NCBI GenBank assembly: GCA_046543095.1
Contig: JBKHAC010000001.1
Coordinates: forward strand, 56,858 to 120,857
Length of the DNA: 64,000 nt
Direction of reading: 5' to 3'
Source: Candidatus Woesearchaeota archaeon
GTDB taxonomy: Archaea > Nanobdellota > Nanobdellia > Woesearchaeales > 21-14-0-10-32-9
Numbering within the stretch: position 1 is the first letter of the stretch; every line of letters begins with the position of its first letter. The translations under genes and the position numbers were made by a program. The notes under the pieces were generated by a model. It had not been told where the DNA came from. It did no database searches and was given only the letters and a program-made list of their open reading frames with translations. Shown one piece after another: positions 17,975 through 27,090 of the stretch.

Positions 17975-19432
17975 TTATGTGTCTTTTATTTTTAATCGTC
18001 CAGTATAATAATCTGCCATGAATCTTCCAAGATCATTTATTGAGGTCATTTTTTTATTAAGAAGCCATGTTAGTATTTGTGATTTTGTGTTTAGTTCTTG
18101 TTGTATTTGTTCTTGTGTCATGCCTGTGTATAATTCTATTGTGCTAAATATTTCTTGTGACTCATTTACTTTAATAAGTTCGTCTTTTGCTGCGCTGTAT
18201 TGCATAAGTACTCGTGCATCTCCATCTTTTGTAACTTCTGCTATTTGTATTGTTCGTCTTTTTCCTGTTCTTCTATTTCTGTTTTGTACAAGTATCATTG
18301 ATAATGATGAAAGCATTTTTTTTGGGATGTCTATAGGCGGATTTGTGAGTCTTGTTACTGTTTCATCTGCGTTGTTTGCGTGTATTGTTCCGTATACTGA
18401 GTGTCCTGTGTGCATTGCCTCTAGGAGTACTTGTGCTTCTTCTTTTCGTCTTATCTCTCCTACAAATATTCTGTCAGGTCTCATACGTAGGCTGTTTACA
18501 AGTAAATCAAGCATCGCAATTCCTCCTTTTCCTTCGGGGTTTGGTAGTCTGGTTTCAAGGGGTACCCAGTGCAAGTAATCTGATAATTTTAATTCGCGTG
18601 TATCTTCGATGCTTATTATTCTTTGATTTGGTGCAAGAAAATTGCTAAGTCCGTTTAACATACTTGTTTTTCCTGATCCTGTTCCTCCTGCAATTAGTAT
18701 GGATAATTCGTTTTGTATTGCGAGCCACACTAATGCTGCGCCTCGTGCAGATATTGTTCCTACTTCTATAAACTTGATTATTGTCCATGGGTCTTCTGCA
18801 AATTTTCTTATTGTTATTGTGTTTCCTTTTGTTGATATTGGCATAAGTGTTGCATTAACCCTGTCTCCTGTTTTTAGATGTGCATCCATAAGTGGGTTTA
18901 GAATTGTTATTTCTTTATTTACATCTCGGCCTATCATGGTTGAATAATGTCTTATTCTTGATTCTGTGAATATTGTTATGTTTGTTTCTAGCCAGCCATA
19001 TTTTTTGTGGTATACCCATACTGGTTCTTTATGATTGTTTATGACTATTTCCTCTAAGTATTTATCTTTAAGTAGTATGTCTAATTTTCCAAAACCTAAA
19101 TTTTCTTCAAGTAAATAATTTATTAATGTATTTTTTGTTTTTTCATCTGCTTTTGGAAAATATTTTTTTACTAGTTTCGCTATTGTTATTGTGAATCTTT
19201 TTCTAATATCATCATTGTTTTCTTCTTTTTCTTTTTCTATTTCTTGATAATCTAGGCTTGATACGAATTCTCCTCTTATTTTATCTAGAATTAATTTTGT
19301 TGTTGGCGATACATTTAGGATTGACACTGAGTATATTGGAACATATTTGTCTTCGACTTCATATATTTCTATTTCTACTTCTATGCCATTACTTGTGACA
19401 TTGTATTTTTCAAGCATGCGTTTCGCTTTCAT
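17975..19432 (-). CDS. archaeal type IV filament assembly ATPase (FlaI/PilB/VirB11 family), module B
   Basis: 485 aa. Walker A 'GGTGSGKTSMLNGL', plus 'RIISIEDTRELKL', 'MRPDRIFVGEIR', 'GTIHAN' and 'NRRTGKRRT'. An alternative start lies at 19417. Confidence 0.92.
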   Translation of the reverse strand: MKAKRMLEKYNVTSNGIEVEIEIYEVEDKYVPIYSVSILNVSPTTKLILDKIRGEFVSSLDYQEIEKEKEENNDDIRKRFTITIAKLVKKYFPKADEKTKNTLINYLLEENLGFGKLDILLKDKYLEEIVINNHKEPVWVYHKKYGWLETNITIFTESRIRHYSTMIGRDVNKEITILNPLMDAHLKTGDRVNATLMPISTKGNTITIRKFAEDPWTIIKFIEVGTISARGAALVWLAIQNELSILIAGGTGSGKTSMLNGLSNFLAPNQRIISIEDTRELKLSDYLHWVPLETRLPNPEGKGGIAMLDLLVNSLRMRPDRIFVGEIRRKEEAQVLLEAMHTGHSVYGTIHANNADETVTRLTNPPIDIPKKMLSSLSMILVQNRNRRTGKRRTIQIAEVTKDGDARVLMQYSAAKDELIKVNESQEIFSTIELYTGMTQEQIQQELNTKSQILTWLLNKKMTSINDLGRFMADYYTGRLKIKDT

Positions 19433-20354
19433 TTTGAACCTCTTTTTCAGTTAAGTTCTGATTTTTTTTATAAAATTCAGTTTTTTTTAGTAAAATGTTT
19501 GTAGTATTTTCTAAATGTCTTTTAATGTTTATATATGTTTCTGGTATTAAACTTATTTTATGTTTGAAATTTATTATTTTTGTTTTTGCTTCTTTAAAGT
19601 TTTCGGAAGTTATATCTTTTTTTATCTCATTAATTATATTTTTTACATCATTTATCGTCATGTTTCTTTCTGTTAATTGAGGTTTTTGCAAATTTAATCC
19701 TTCTGTTTTTGTATTTTTGAGTTCTTCTTTTAATTTATTTATTCTCATATAAAATGCCATTAAGTCGCTGTATATTTCTTTTTTTTCATCGGAGAACATT
19801 GAAGGGTATTCTTTAAATTTATTCTTTATTTCGCGATATTGACCTATTGCGCCTTTTAGATCTTTTTTTCGTATGCTAACAAATAGTTGTTTGTTTATTT
19901 CTGCTATTTTATTTTCTATATTTTTAGCTTTGAGCATTTGTTCTCTTTCTATCTCAGACTCTGCTAATGCTTCGTTTCTATCTCGCTCATCTAGTACTGT
20001 TATATTTTGTGTGTGGTCTTGTGTTAATTGACCTGATTCTTTTAATAATTTTATATCTTCACTAAGTCTATTTTTGTGAGTTATATTTTTTGTGAGGTTT
20101 TCTGCTGTTTGTACTAAGTCTCGTATTTTTGTAAAATTTATTTCGCGATAAACATCGTTTGTATTTGTTTTATTGAATTTTTTTACTGCGTCCTCTATAA
20201 TTGTGCTTGCTAGTGTAAAGTTTTTGGAAAGTATTGCATCCTCAATTTTTTTTAATTCGTCTTTGGAGGTGTTTATTTTTGTTTGTTTATCTAGAAATTC
20301 AACTATGTCTTTTTCAAAAAATCTTTCAAGTTCTGCTTCTTTTTTTACAATCAT
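19410..20354 (-). CDS. all-helical / coiled-coil protein of pilus module B
   Basis: 314 aa, Lys/Glu/Asn-rich with heptad-like stretches. ATGA overlap with the upstream gene, and its end overlaps the ATPase start. Confidence 0.5.
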   Translation of the reverse strand: MIVKKEAELERFFEKDIVEFLDKQTKINTSKDELKKIEDAILSKNFTLASTIIEDAVKKFNKTNTNDVYREINFTKIRDLVQTAENLTKNITHKNRLSEDIKLLKESGQLTQDHTQNITVLDERDRNEALAESEIEREQMLKAKNIENKIAEINKQLFVSIRKKDLKGAIGQYREIKNKFKEYPSMFSDEKKEIYSDLMAFYMRINKLKEELKNTKTEGLNLQKPQLTERNMTINDVKNIINEIKKDITSENFKEAKTKIINFKHKISLIPETYINIKRHLENTTNILLKKTEFYKKNQNLTEKEVQNESETHA

Positions 20355-20779
20355 ATTCCTGAGACCTTTTGCTTATATTGTTCCCACAATTCATCTTTGT
20401 TTTCTAGATTTCTTTTATCTGCTTCTGTATAGAAGAAGGGTTTCATAAATTCTAAGTTATCTAAAACATGATTTTTCCATATAACCTCCGAATTTCCTTT
20501 AGTTTGTTTTTCTCCTTGGAATTTTTTCTTATATTTTTTAATGTTATCTTCAGGGTTTTCTTCTTTTAGTTTTGTATTGTTTACAAGAGAAATTATTGGT
20601 TTGGTGAAATCATATTCCATGGATATTATTTTTTCTTCGACTAAGAAATCAACCCATTGCTGCACTATCTCTTCATCCACATTTAATTCTTTTGCTGCTG
20701 ATTTTATATCTATTTTCTTTTTAGTTTTCAAAATATCAATTAGTCTATCTACTTCTGTTTGTATTACTTCATCACCCAT
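20351..20779 (-). CDS. winged-helix-like protein, first gene of pilus module B
   Basis: 142 aa. 'IDIKSAAKELNVDEEIVQQWVDFLVEEKII' has an HTH-like pattern. N-terminal half is paralogous to the protein encoded at 12022-12234. Confidence 0.5.
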   Translation of the reverse strand: MGDEVIQTEVDRLIDILKTKKKIDIKSAAKELNVDEEIVQQWVDFLVEEKIISMEYDFTKPIISLVNNTKLKEENPEDNIKKYKKKFQGEKQTKGNSEVIWKNHVLDNLEFMKPFFYTEADKRNLENKDELWEQYKQKVSGI

Positions 20780-20983
20780 GTTGTGAAAATCCCTCTTTTT
20801 TATACTTAAATTTTGTATATGGTTATATATTTAAAGGTTTCTAATTATTTTAATTTTAAAAAAGGAAATGTTTTTAAATAAGTTTAATTCTTATAGTTAA
20901 ATCTAACATTAAATTAGATAGAAGGGACCCTCGGGGATTTGAAGGGGAGGGTGGTTAGAATTCACCAAGGGTCCGCTTGAATT

Positions 20984-21409
20984 TTATTTTTTTTGTTCTT
21001 TGTATGTGAATTGTTTTGGTGGCTTTCTAAGTTCTTGTAGCCACATGAGTCCTACTTTCATCATGTTTTTGTTTAGTTTTTCTGATAACTTGTATGTTTT
21101 TTTGTATAAGTCATAATCTATTAAGCCCATTGTTTTCATTGGTGTTAGGATGCGATCGTAAAATTGTCTTTTGTTGTATGATATAGGCACTGGTTTTTTT
21201 CGAAGTAGTGGTGATTGTTCTTTGGACTCCAAGATTATCCCATCATGAAGTGCTGTTGCGAACATACTCATTTCTGTTTTGCCCATCTCACCGCCTCGCA
21301 TTTTCATCTCCTCGAGGAGCATATTTGCAACTATTACTTGTTGGCTCGTCGAGAATATAATCTCGAATATGTTCTCTGGCATGTTGTATTGGTCAAATAA
21401 TATTACCAT
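20984..21409 (-). CDS. hypothetical protein
   Basis: 141-aa ORF, TAA stop, no recognisable motif. Confidence 0.45.
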   Translation of the reverse strand: MVILFDQYNMPENIFEIIFSTSQQVIVANMLLEEMKMRGGEMGKTEMSMFATALHDGIILESKEQSPLLRKKPVPISYNKRQFYDRILTPMKTMGLIDYDLYKKTYKLSEKLNKNMMKVGLMWLQELRKPPKQFTYKEQKK

Positions 21410-21508
21410 AACTCAACTATATATCACAACTGATATATAAATGTTTCGATTCGTATAGCTTTTAGTATACTGGTTTGGTGTTGACTTAATTTTTTAATAA
21501 CAAAAAAG

Positions 21509-22645
21509 TCATCTGCTTTTTAAATCTAAAGAACTCGCGGCTTTAATAAATGGCAAATTATCATCTTGAGAAAAGAATGCATAAACATCTATTCTGTCCA
21601 AAATATTTCTAAATTCTGAAAAATTATCAAATTCGCCCTTATCTAAAAGAGATACAATTCTATTTTCCATACCCCAGTAAACATCTTGTTTTGCAATAAT
21701 ACTTTCATTAGTTTTTAATTTTTCATTAAAATCAGCATACACTAATGCAGGTAAATTTAAACCCGCAGCCGTATCTAATGCGACGTTAGCACTAGTTCTA
21801 AAGTTTACTTCAAAAAAATAGTATTTTCCTGTGTTGATATCTTTTTTAAGATTGATATCTAAAGGCCCGGTGAAATCTAAGTGCCTTGTTAATTTTTCTG
21901 ATGGTTGTTTTAATTCATCTAGCCAAATAGTTTTAGCTATAGCGCCAGTAGACCCTTTTGTTGCTTTAGATTTATTATCACTAGCGTATTCTTTTTGAAT
22001 CATAGCTATGTGAACATTATTTTGTTTATCTTTATAAGTGTGAACTTCTATGTGTTCTTTAACTCCACCTTCAACATATTGTTGATAAACAACGTCTCCA
22101 TATCTATTCAATAGTTGTTGTTTTTGTCCACATAACTCATCTATGGAGTCAAATAAAAAGAAATCATCTTTACTAGCATTTAAACTATTTACAGGTTTTG
22201 TTATTATTTTTCCAATTATATCTTCATTCAAATTAGATAAATAGCCAGATTTAGGAACTGAAAATCCTGCAGATTCACCTATTTTTAAAATAGTATTTTT
22301 ATCTAATAAGTCATTTAAGTTTCCTTTGCTAGAAATAGGTATGTGAAAATAATTTTTCAATTCATCATAATTATCCTGACAAAACAGAACATATTTATCA
22401 TCTGTAGAAAACAAAACTGATTTTTTATTGTTATTTTTTCCGAATTTCATTAAGTTTTCAAGTAAATTGTCTGAGTCTTTAAGCATGTAAGATTTTTGAA
22501 CAAATCTTGAGTATTTTGCGTGTGGAAATCTAGTTCCTTGATGAAATCCTCTAACAGGTATGTTTTCAGCTCCAAGACTTCTTGCAACACCAAGAGCATT
22601 AGCTCCATAAAGTCCTAATATGACTCCGTATTCCGAATTCAACAT
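21509..22645 (-). CDS. ATP-grasp superfamily ligase (COG3919-like)
   Basis: 378 aa. N-terminal 'LGLYGANALGVARSLGAENIPVRGF' pre-ATP-grasp Rossmann pattern. C-terminal 'YFFEVNFRTSA' resembles the Mg/ATP-binding E-x-N region. Overlaps the upstream PIG-L gene by 7 nt. Confidence 0.8.
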   Translation of the reverse strand: MLNSEYGVILGLYGANALGVARSLGAENIPVRGFHQGTRFPHAKYSRFVQKSYMLKDSDNLLENLMKFGKNNNKKSVLFSTDDKYVLFCQDNYDELKNYFHIPISSKGNLNDLLDKNTILKIGESAGFSVPKSGYLSNLNEDIIGKIITKPVNSLNASKDDFFLFDSIDELCGQKQQLLNRYGDVVYQQYVEGGVKEHIEVHTYKDKQNNVHIAMIQKEYASDNKSKATKGSTGAIAKTIWLDELKQPSEKLTRHLDFTGPLDINLKKDINTGKYYFFEVNFRTSANVALDTAAGLNLPALVYADFNEKLKTNESIIAKQDVYWGMENRIVSLLDKGEFDNFSEFRNILDRIDVYAFFSQDDNLPFIKAASSLDLKSR

Positions 22646-23310
22646 AGTTCCCCTCTAGTTAAATTTTTCAAATATTTAATGCCTCTTGAATTTTTATAGA
22701 AATTTCCAACTATAGGCATATGATGTTCGATGTATGCCTCACCATAAGTAGCACCTATCTGAACACCTCTAAGTTTTGCTTTTGCATCAATTATATCTAA
22801 ATAATAACTTCCAAAACTTTTTCCTTTTGTTTGAGATTTATGAGCTTTGAATGCTTTTATTTTAATATCTTGTTCTTCAGATATGTCTACTATAATATCA
22901 GGATATCTTATTAAAAAAGATGTTTCCATTTCTAGAACTTTTCTTGTAAACCAACCTGTATCTCCATGACTTGCTATTTTTAATGCGAATAAAGATAAAT
23001 CGAATACGTGTTTATGATCTAAATGATAATCATTTGCTTGCAGTATTGCTACGTCTGGTTTGAAATTCATTATTATTTTTTTTAGTTTTAAAATTGTTTC
23101 TTGATTATTTAATAATTCATATTCTTTTAGATTTAAATGTAGTAATTCCGCGCCAATAATTTTACAACTCTCTTTTAGTTCATTCAATCTTTTTTTGTTT
23201 CCTGTAAAACAAACTATAAGATTTTTTCCACCTTCTTTAGAATTTTTATTCAAAAGACCTGCACAGTTTACTTCATCATCAGGGTGTGCGGTAAAAACCA
23301 ACACATTCAT
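22639..23310 (-). CDS. PIG-L/LmbE-family N-acetylglucosaminyl deacetylase (copy 2)
   Basis: 223 aa. 'VLVFTAHPDDEVNCAG' carries the PIG-L zinc motif (HPDDE), followed by 'HLDHKH'. Confidence 0.85.
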   Translation of the reverse strand: MNVLVFTAHPDDEVNCAGLLNKNSKEGGKNLIVCFTGNKKRLNELKESCKIIGAELLHLNLKEYELLNNQETILKLKKIIMNFKPDVAILQANDYHLDHKHVFDLSLFALKIASHGDTGWFTRKVLEMETSFLIRYPDIIVDISEEQDIKIKAFKAHKSQTKGKSFGSYYLDIIDAKAKLRGVQIGATYGEAYIEHHMPIVGNFYKNSRGIKYLKNLTRGELC

Positions 23311-23975
23311 ATTGCTCGACCTCTTCCTGAAATATTTCCAATTATTGGCAAATCATATGTTTTGAATGCTTCAGCATATTTTACTCCTGATTGAAGTCCT
23401 CTTAATGCTGCTTTTTTTTCAATTAAATCTAGATAATAATTAGAAGATTTTTCTAGTTGTGATTTATGAAATTTCATGGCTTCCAATTTATAATTTAGTT
23501 CGTCAGTTATATCTACTGCTAGAGCGTATTTTGAAAATAGCATGTGTGTTTCTGTTGTTAATATTCCTTTAATGTTTGGTGCATTTTTTTTATTTAGTGC
23601 AAATAATGTGCTATCCATCACATAATCAAATAATGTTTTATGGTCATTATGATACTCGCATTCTTTATCATGCGTTATTACGAAGTCTGGATTAAATTCC
23701 AATAATTCGTCAATTAATTTTTTTTGTATTTCTTTAGAAGTTATATTTTGATAGCCTTCATCATAGCCCCATAATTTGCCTTCAATTGATAGTACTTTGC
23801 AGGCATTATAAAATTCTTCCGAACGTTCTTTAGATGATCCTCCAAAACATATGACTTTAGATTTGCCACCTTGTTTTGCATTTCTCATTAATAGTCCTCC
23901 AGGACCTATGATTTCGTCATCTTCATGAGCAAAAATACCTATTAAATTGCAAGGCATATCTGTTTTTCTCATCAT
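23307..23975 (-). CDS. PIG-L/LmbE-family N-acetylglucosaminyl deacetylase (copy 1)
   Basis: 222 aa. 'IGIFAHEDDEIIGPGG' and 'YHNDHKT'. 4-nt overlap with the next gene. Confidence 0.85.
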   Translation of the reverse strand: MMRKTDMPCNLIGIFAHEDDEIIGPGGLLMRNAKQGGKSKVICFGGSSKERSEEFYNACKVLSIEGKLWGYDEGYQNITSKEIQKKLIDELLEFNPDFVITHDKECEYHNDHKTLFDYVMDSTLFALNKKNAPNIKGILTTETHMLFSKYALAVDITDELNYKLEAMKFHKSQLEKSSNYYLDLIEKKAALRGLQSGVKYAEAFKTYDLPIIGNISGRGRAI

Positions 23976-24023
23976 ATTCTGTCACCTCCCATTTAAACAA
24001 ATATTAATTTTTTGATATTTAAT

Positions 24024-25187
24024 TTAAAATAATGAATTGTACAAAGCTTCATATTGGTCAACTATTCTTTGTCTGGAAAAGTTATCTATTGCTCTATTAT
24101 AAGCATCGATTCCCATTTGTTTAGTTTTTTGTTTATTGTCTGCCAAATATTCTATTTTATTTACAATTTCTTCAACGTTTTTATTTTCAAAAACGAACCC
24201 GCTCTCTCCGTTAGCTATAACTTCAGGTATTCCTCCGACATCCGAGCCTAAAACAGGTAATCCGCAAGCCATTGGTTCTAGTAATGCTAGTCCAAAAGAT
24301 TCTCTTTCTGAACATAATATTCCAACATCAGATGCGTGTATGTATGGGACAACGTTATTTTGCTTCCCCATAAAAATTACTCTTTCATTTAAGTTATACT
24401 GACTTACTAGCCTTTCTAGTGGTTCTTTTTGTGGTCCGTCTCCAACTAATAGAAAATAAATATTATCCCTTTGTTTGTTATTTAATTTTTTAGCCGCATC
24501 AACTAATAATTCTGTTTGTTTTAAGGGCCTAAAATTTGATGCATGATATACTATGAATCCTCGTTCTGGTAAATTTAAAATTTTTCTTATTTCTTCTTTT
24601 TTATCATCACTTTCTACTGGAACAAATTTATTTTCATCTACGAAGTTATAAATTACTGAACCATAATCTTTTAAGTCAAAAAGCGATTTTGCTTCATCTT
24701 GTAATGATTTTGATACGAATGTGTTTGCATCTGCTCTATCTAATGAGTTGCAAATGCTGTGTGCCAACAATTCATGATGCCCATTTGTGTGTATATCTGA
24801 TCCATGACTTGTAATTACTACTTTAGCATCTCCACCTTTATTTTTTATTATGTCTTTTGCAGTTAAAGCTGCTTCACCATGCGTTATTGCATAGTTTGCA
24901 TGAATTATGTCAATGCGACCTAATTTTTTATATACATTAACTATTTGGGATGCTAATGTTGCGTTATACGGTTCTGCTTTAAAGCAAGGATATTTAATAT
25001 CTTCAACAGGGTGAATTTCAAGACCTAAATTTTTTTCTTCTTGAGTTAAATAAGTTCCAGGATAACTCACTATGTGTACCGAGTGTCCTCTTCGTGCAAG
25101 CTCTTTTGAGGCCTCCATAGACATAATGCCACTGCCACCTAAATGAGGCCTAGCATAAAATAATTGCACAATATTTAATTTTTTCAT
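24024..25187 (-). CDS. GT4 glycosyltransferase, BshA-like (N-acetylglucosaminyl-malate synthase family)
   Basis: 387 aa. 'GGSGIMSMEASKELARRGHSVHIV', 'DIIHANYAITHG', 'TSHGSDIHTNG', 'HASNFRPLKQ', 'LLVGDGPQK' and 'SERESFGLALLEPMACGLPVLGSDVGGIPEV' follow, block for block, the BshA pattern as I remember it. Confidence 0.8.
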   Translation of the reverse strand: MKKLNIVQLFYARPHLGGSGIMSMEASKELARRGHSVHIVSYPGTYLTQEEKNLGLEIHPVEDIKYPCFKAEPYNATLASQIVNVYKKLGRIDIIHANYAITHGEAALTAKDIIKNKGGDAKVVITSHGSDIHTNGHHELLAHSICNSLDRADANTFVSKSLQDEAKSLFDLKDYGSVIYNFVDENKFVPVESDDKKEEIRKILNLPERGFIVYHASNFRPLKQTELLVDAAKKLNNKQRDNIYFLLVGDGPQKEPLERLVSQYNLNERVIFMGKQNNVVPYIHASDVGILCSERESFGLALLEPMACGLPVLGSDVGGIPEVIANGESGFVFENKNVEEIVNKIEYLADNKQKTKQMGIDAYNRAIDNFSRQRIVDQYEALYNSLF

Positions 25188-25503
25188 TCATTCACCTTGA
25201 CCAGTTTAACCTTCAATAGTCTAAAAAACCTTTTTTAAAAAATAAAAATAAAATAAAATATATAAATATTTCGCATAATTAGAAAAAAAAGATAAAAAAA
25301 AGATTATTAAAAGAAAAAAGATAGATTAATCAATATTTTTACTTTAAAAAAGATAAAAAAAAGCCTCTTTTAACAAAAAAACTTTTAAAAATCAAGAGTT
25401 TAGCAAAATAAGTTTTAAAATCACTTTAAAGTAATTACAAATATTGTTTTTTTAATTATAATTTAGTCAATATTTTTAAGGAAAAGCTTTTTTCTACTCT
25501 TTT

Positions 25504-26091
25504 ATGAAGGTTTTAATTTGTACTGATATTCATTGTGATAAGTCGGCTCTCGCGTCGCTTCGTGAGCTTGCGCGTGGTGTTGAATTCATTATTTGTGCAG
25601 GTGATATGAGTCTTTGGGGTCGTGGTCTTGATGCGACTTTGGAGGTGATGGCGTCTTGGGGTAAGAGAGTTTTTGTAATTCATGGTAATCATGAGGATGA
25701 ACTTGATACTAGAACTGTTTGCTCGAAGTTTGAGAATTTAACGTTTTTTCATCGTGATGTTGTACAATTCAAAGATTTGTCTTTGGTTGGCTGGGGTGGT
25801 GGTGGTTTTTCTTTGCAAGATAGGGGTTTTGAGCGTTTTGTTGAGGGTCTTAAGATAAGTGAGTTTTCTCGCGTAGTTCTTGTGACGCATGGTCCGCCTT
25901 TTCAGACTTGTCTTGATGAGAAACAACCAGGCGTATTTGTTGGTTGTGAGAGTTATAAGCGTTTTATTTTAAAGCATAATCCTCTTGTTGCAATTTCAGG
26001 CCACATTCATGAGACTGAGGGCGCGATTTGTGAGCTTGAAGGTAGTATTTTGATTAATCCTGGGCCTTTTGGCGTTGTCTTAGATTTATAA
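25504..26091 (+). CDS. metallophosphoesterase (calcineurin-like, MJ0936/YfcE type)
   Basis: 195 aa. Motifs 'CTDIHCD', 'GDMS', 'GNHED', 'THGPP' and 'GHIHE'. Confidence 0.85.
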   Translation: MKVLICTDIHCDKSALASLRELARGVEFIICAGDMSLWGRGLDATLEVMASWGKRVFVIHGNHEDELDTRTVCSKFENLTFFHRDVVQFKDLSLVGWGGGGFSLQDRGFERFVEGLKISEFSRVVLVTHGPPFQTCLDEKQPGVFVGCESYKRFILKHNPLVAISGHIHETEGAICELEGSILINPGPFGVVLDL

Positions 26092-26092
26092 C

Positions 26093-26470
26093 TTACATTC
26101 CATTTATTGGAACTACATATCTGAAAAAACATCCGTAGTCTGTTGACTTTTCTGTTTTAAATTGGTTTGTTTTTTTTGTTTTTTGTATATGGCCTTCTAG
26201 TTTTTTTTCGTCTATGAGTTCGAGTACGTAACTTGTTTTTTCATTTATTTGTTGTAAGCTTCCTCTAAGTATGTATGAATTTATTATTTGTGGGTGTATT
26301 TTAAACTTTATTTGTGTTTGTTTTTCTTCTTTTGTGTAATAATCTTCGTAGAGAATGTTAAATATTTCTTCTTTTTTTATTTCTTGTACTTTTTTTACTC
26401 GTCCAAGAAATATAGGTTGCTCAGTATTTAAATGTGATTCTAAGTTATGTTCTGAGGATTTTTGAACCAT
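26093..26470 (-). CDS. hypothetical protein
   Basis: 125-aa ORF, convergent with 25504-26091, no motif recognised. Confidence 0.4.
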   Translation of the reverse strand: MVQKSSEHNLESHLNTEQPIFLGRVKKVQEIKKEEIFNILYEDYYTKEEKQTQIKFKIHPQIINSYILRGSLQQINEKTSYVLELIDEKKLEGHIQKTKKTNQFKTEKSTDYGCFFRYVVPINGM

Positions 26471-26612
26471 ATTTTTAAAGAAATAGTTCAGCCTTATAAA
26501 AAGGTTTTTATTCTGTTGTTACTTTTTAGTGGTTTTTATATTAGTTTTTTTAGTAATATTTAAATATCTTGTGACATATCCGACATAACTTTAAGTAAAA
26601 TATGGTGGTTTT

Positions 26613-27026
26613 ATGAGTAAAAATTATAATTTATCTGAAAAGTTTGAAAATGATTTATTAGCTGAGCAAAATGAATTTATCGAATTAGAATTGCGTGAGC
26701 AAAAAAAGTATGAGTTGCCTGAGCCTGTTTGCACTAAAAATTCTTTTAAGTGCGCAATGGGAGGCCTTAGTTTTTTGATTGGGAGTTTGACTCTCGCAGG
26801 AATTGTTAGTTCTTATAATTCAAGCGACGCAACCAATAGCTCTAAGTTAAATTCTGAGAGTAATATTTTTTTAAAAGATCAAGTAGATTCTTTATATAAA
26901 AATGATTTATTTAAAACTGATTCATTCCATAAAGATATTTTTGATTTTAAGAATACTTTTCATTTGAAAGATACCAAAGATACGATTGATAAAAAGTTGA
27001 ATGAAAATTATGTTTTAGATCTCTAA
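26613..27026 (+). CDS. hypothetical single-TM protein
   Basis: 137 aa. GGTGG Shine-Dalgarno 4 nt before the ATG. TM segment 'GGLSFLIGSLTLAGIVSS'. Confidence 0.45.
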   Translation: MSKNYNLSEKFENDLLAEQNEFIELELREQKKYELPEPVCTKNSFKCAMGGLSFLIGSLTLAGIVSSYNSSDATNSSKLNSESNIFLKDQVDSLYKNDLFKTDSFHKDIFDFKNTFHLKDTKDTIDKKLNENYVLDL

Positions 27027-27090
27027 ATAGAGTATTTTGTTTTTTTGATTTTTGATTAGAATTTTTATTTTTTTGGAGTTAATATTTTTT

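Noticed and set aside
12022-20779. Interpreting the ATPase/membrane-protein modules as an archaellum (motility) operon.
   Set aside because: There are no archaellin (FlaB), FlaC-G or FlaH genes adjacent. The platform proteins are half-size TadB/TadC-like rather than a single FlaJ. The linked structural genes are diverse pilin-like proteins, including a vWA adhesin. The only KaiC-like gene (42326-43144) is 22 kb away.
25270-25370. Repeated AAAAAAGATAAAAAAAAG-type motifs in the divergent promoter region between the GT4 gene and the metallophosphoesterase gene.
   Set aside because: This is poly-A-dominated low complexity. The apparent repeats are short and imperfect, and are expected by chance in such sequence. 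No defined spacing or palindromy was found.
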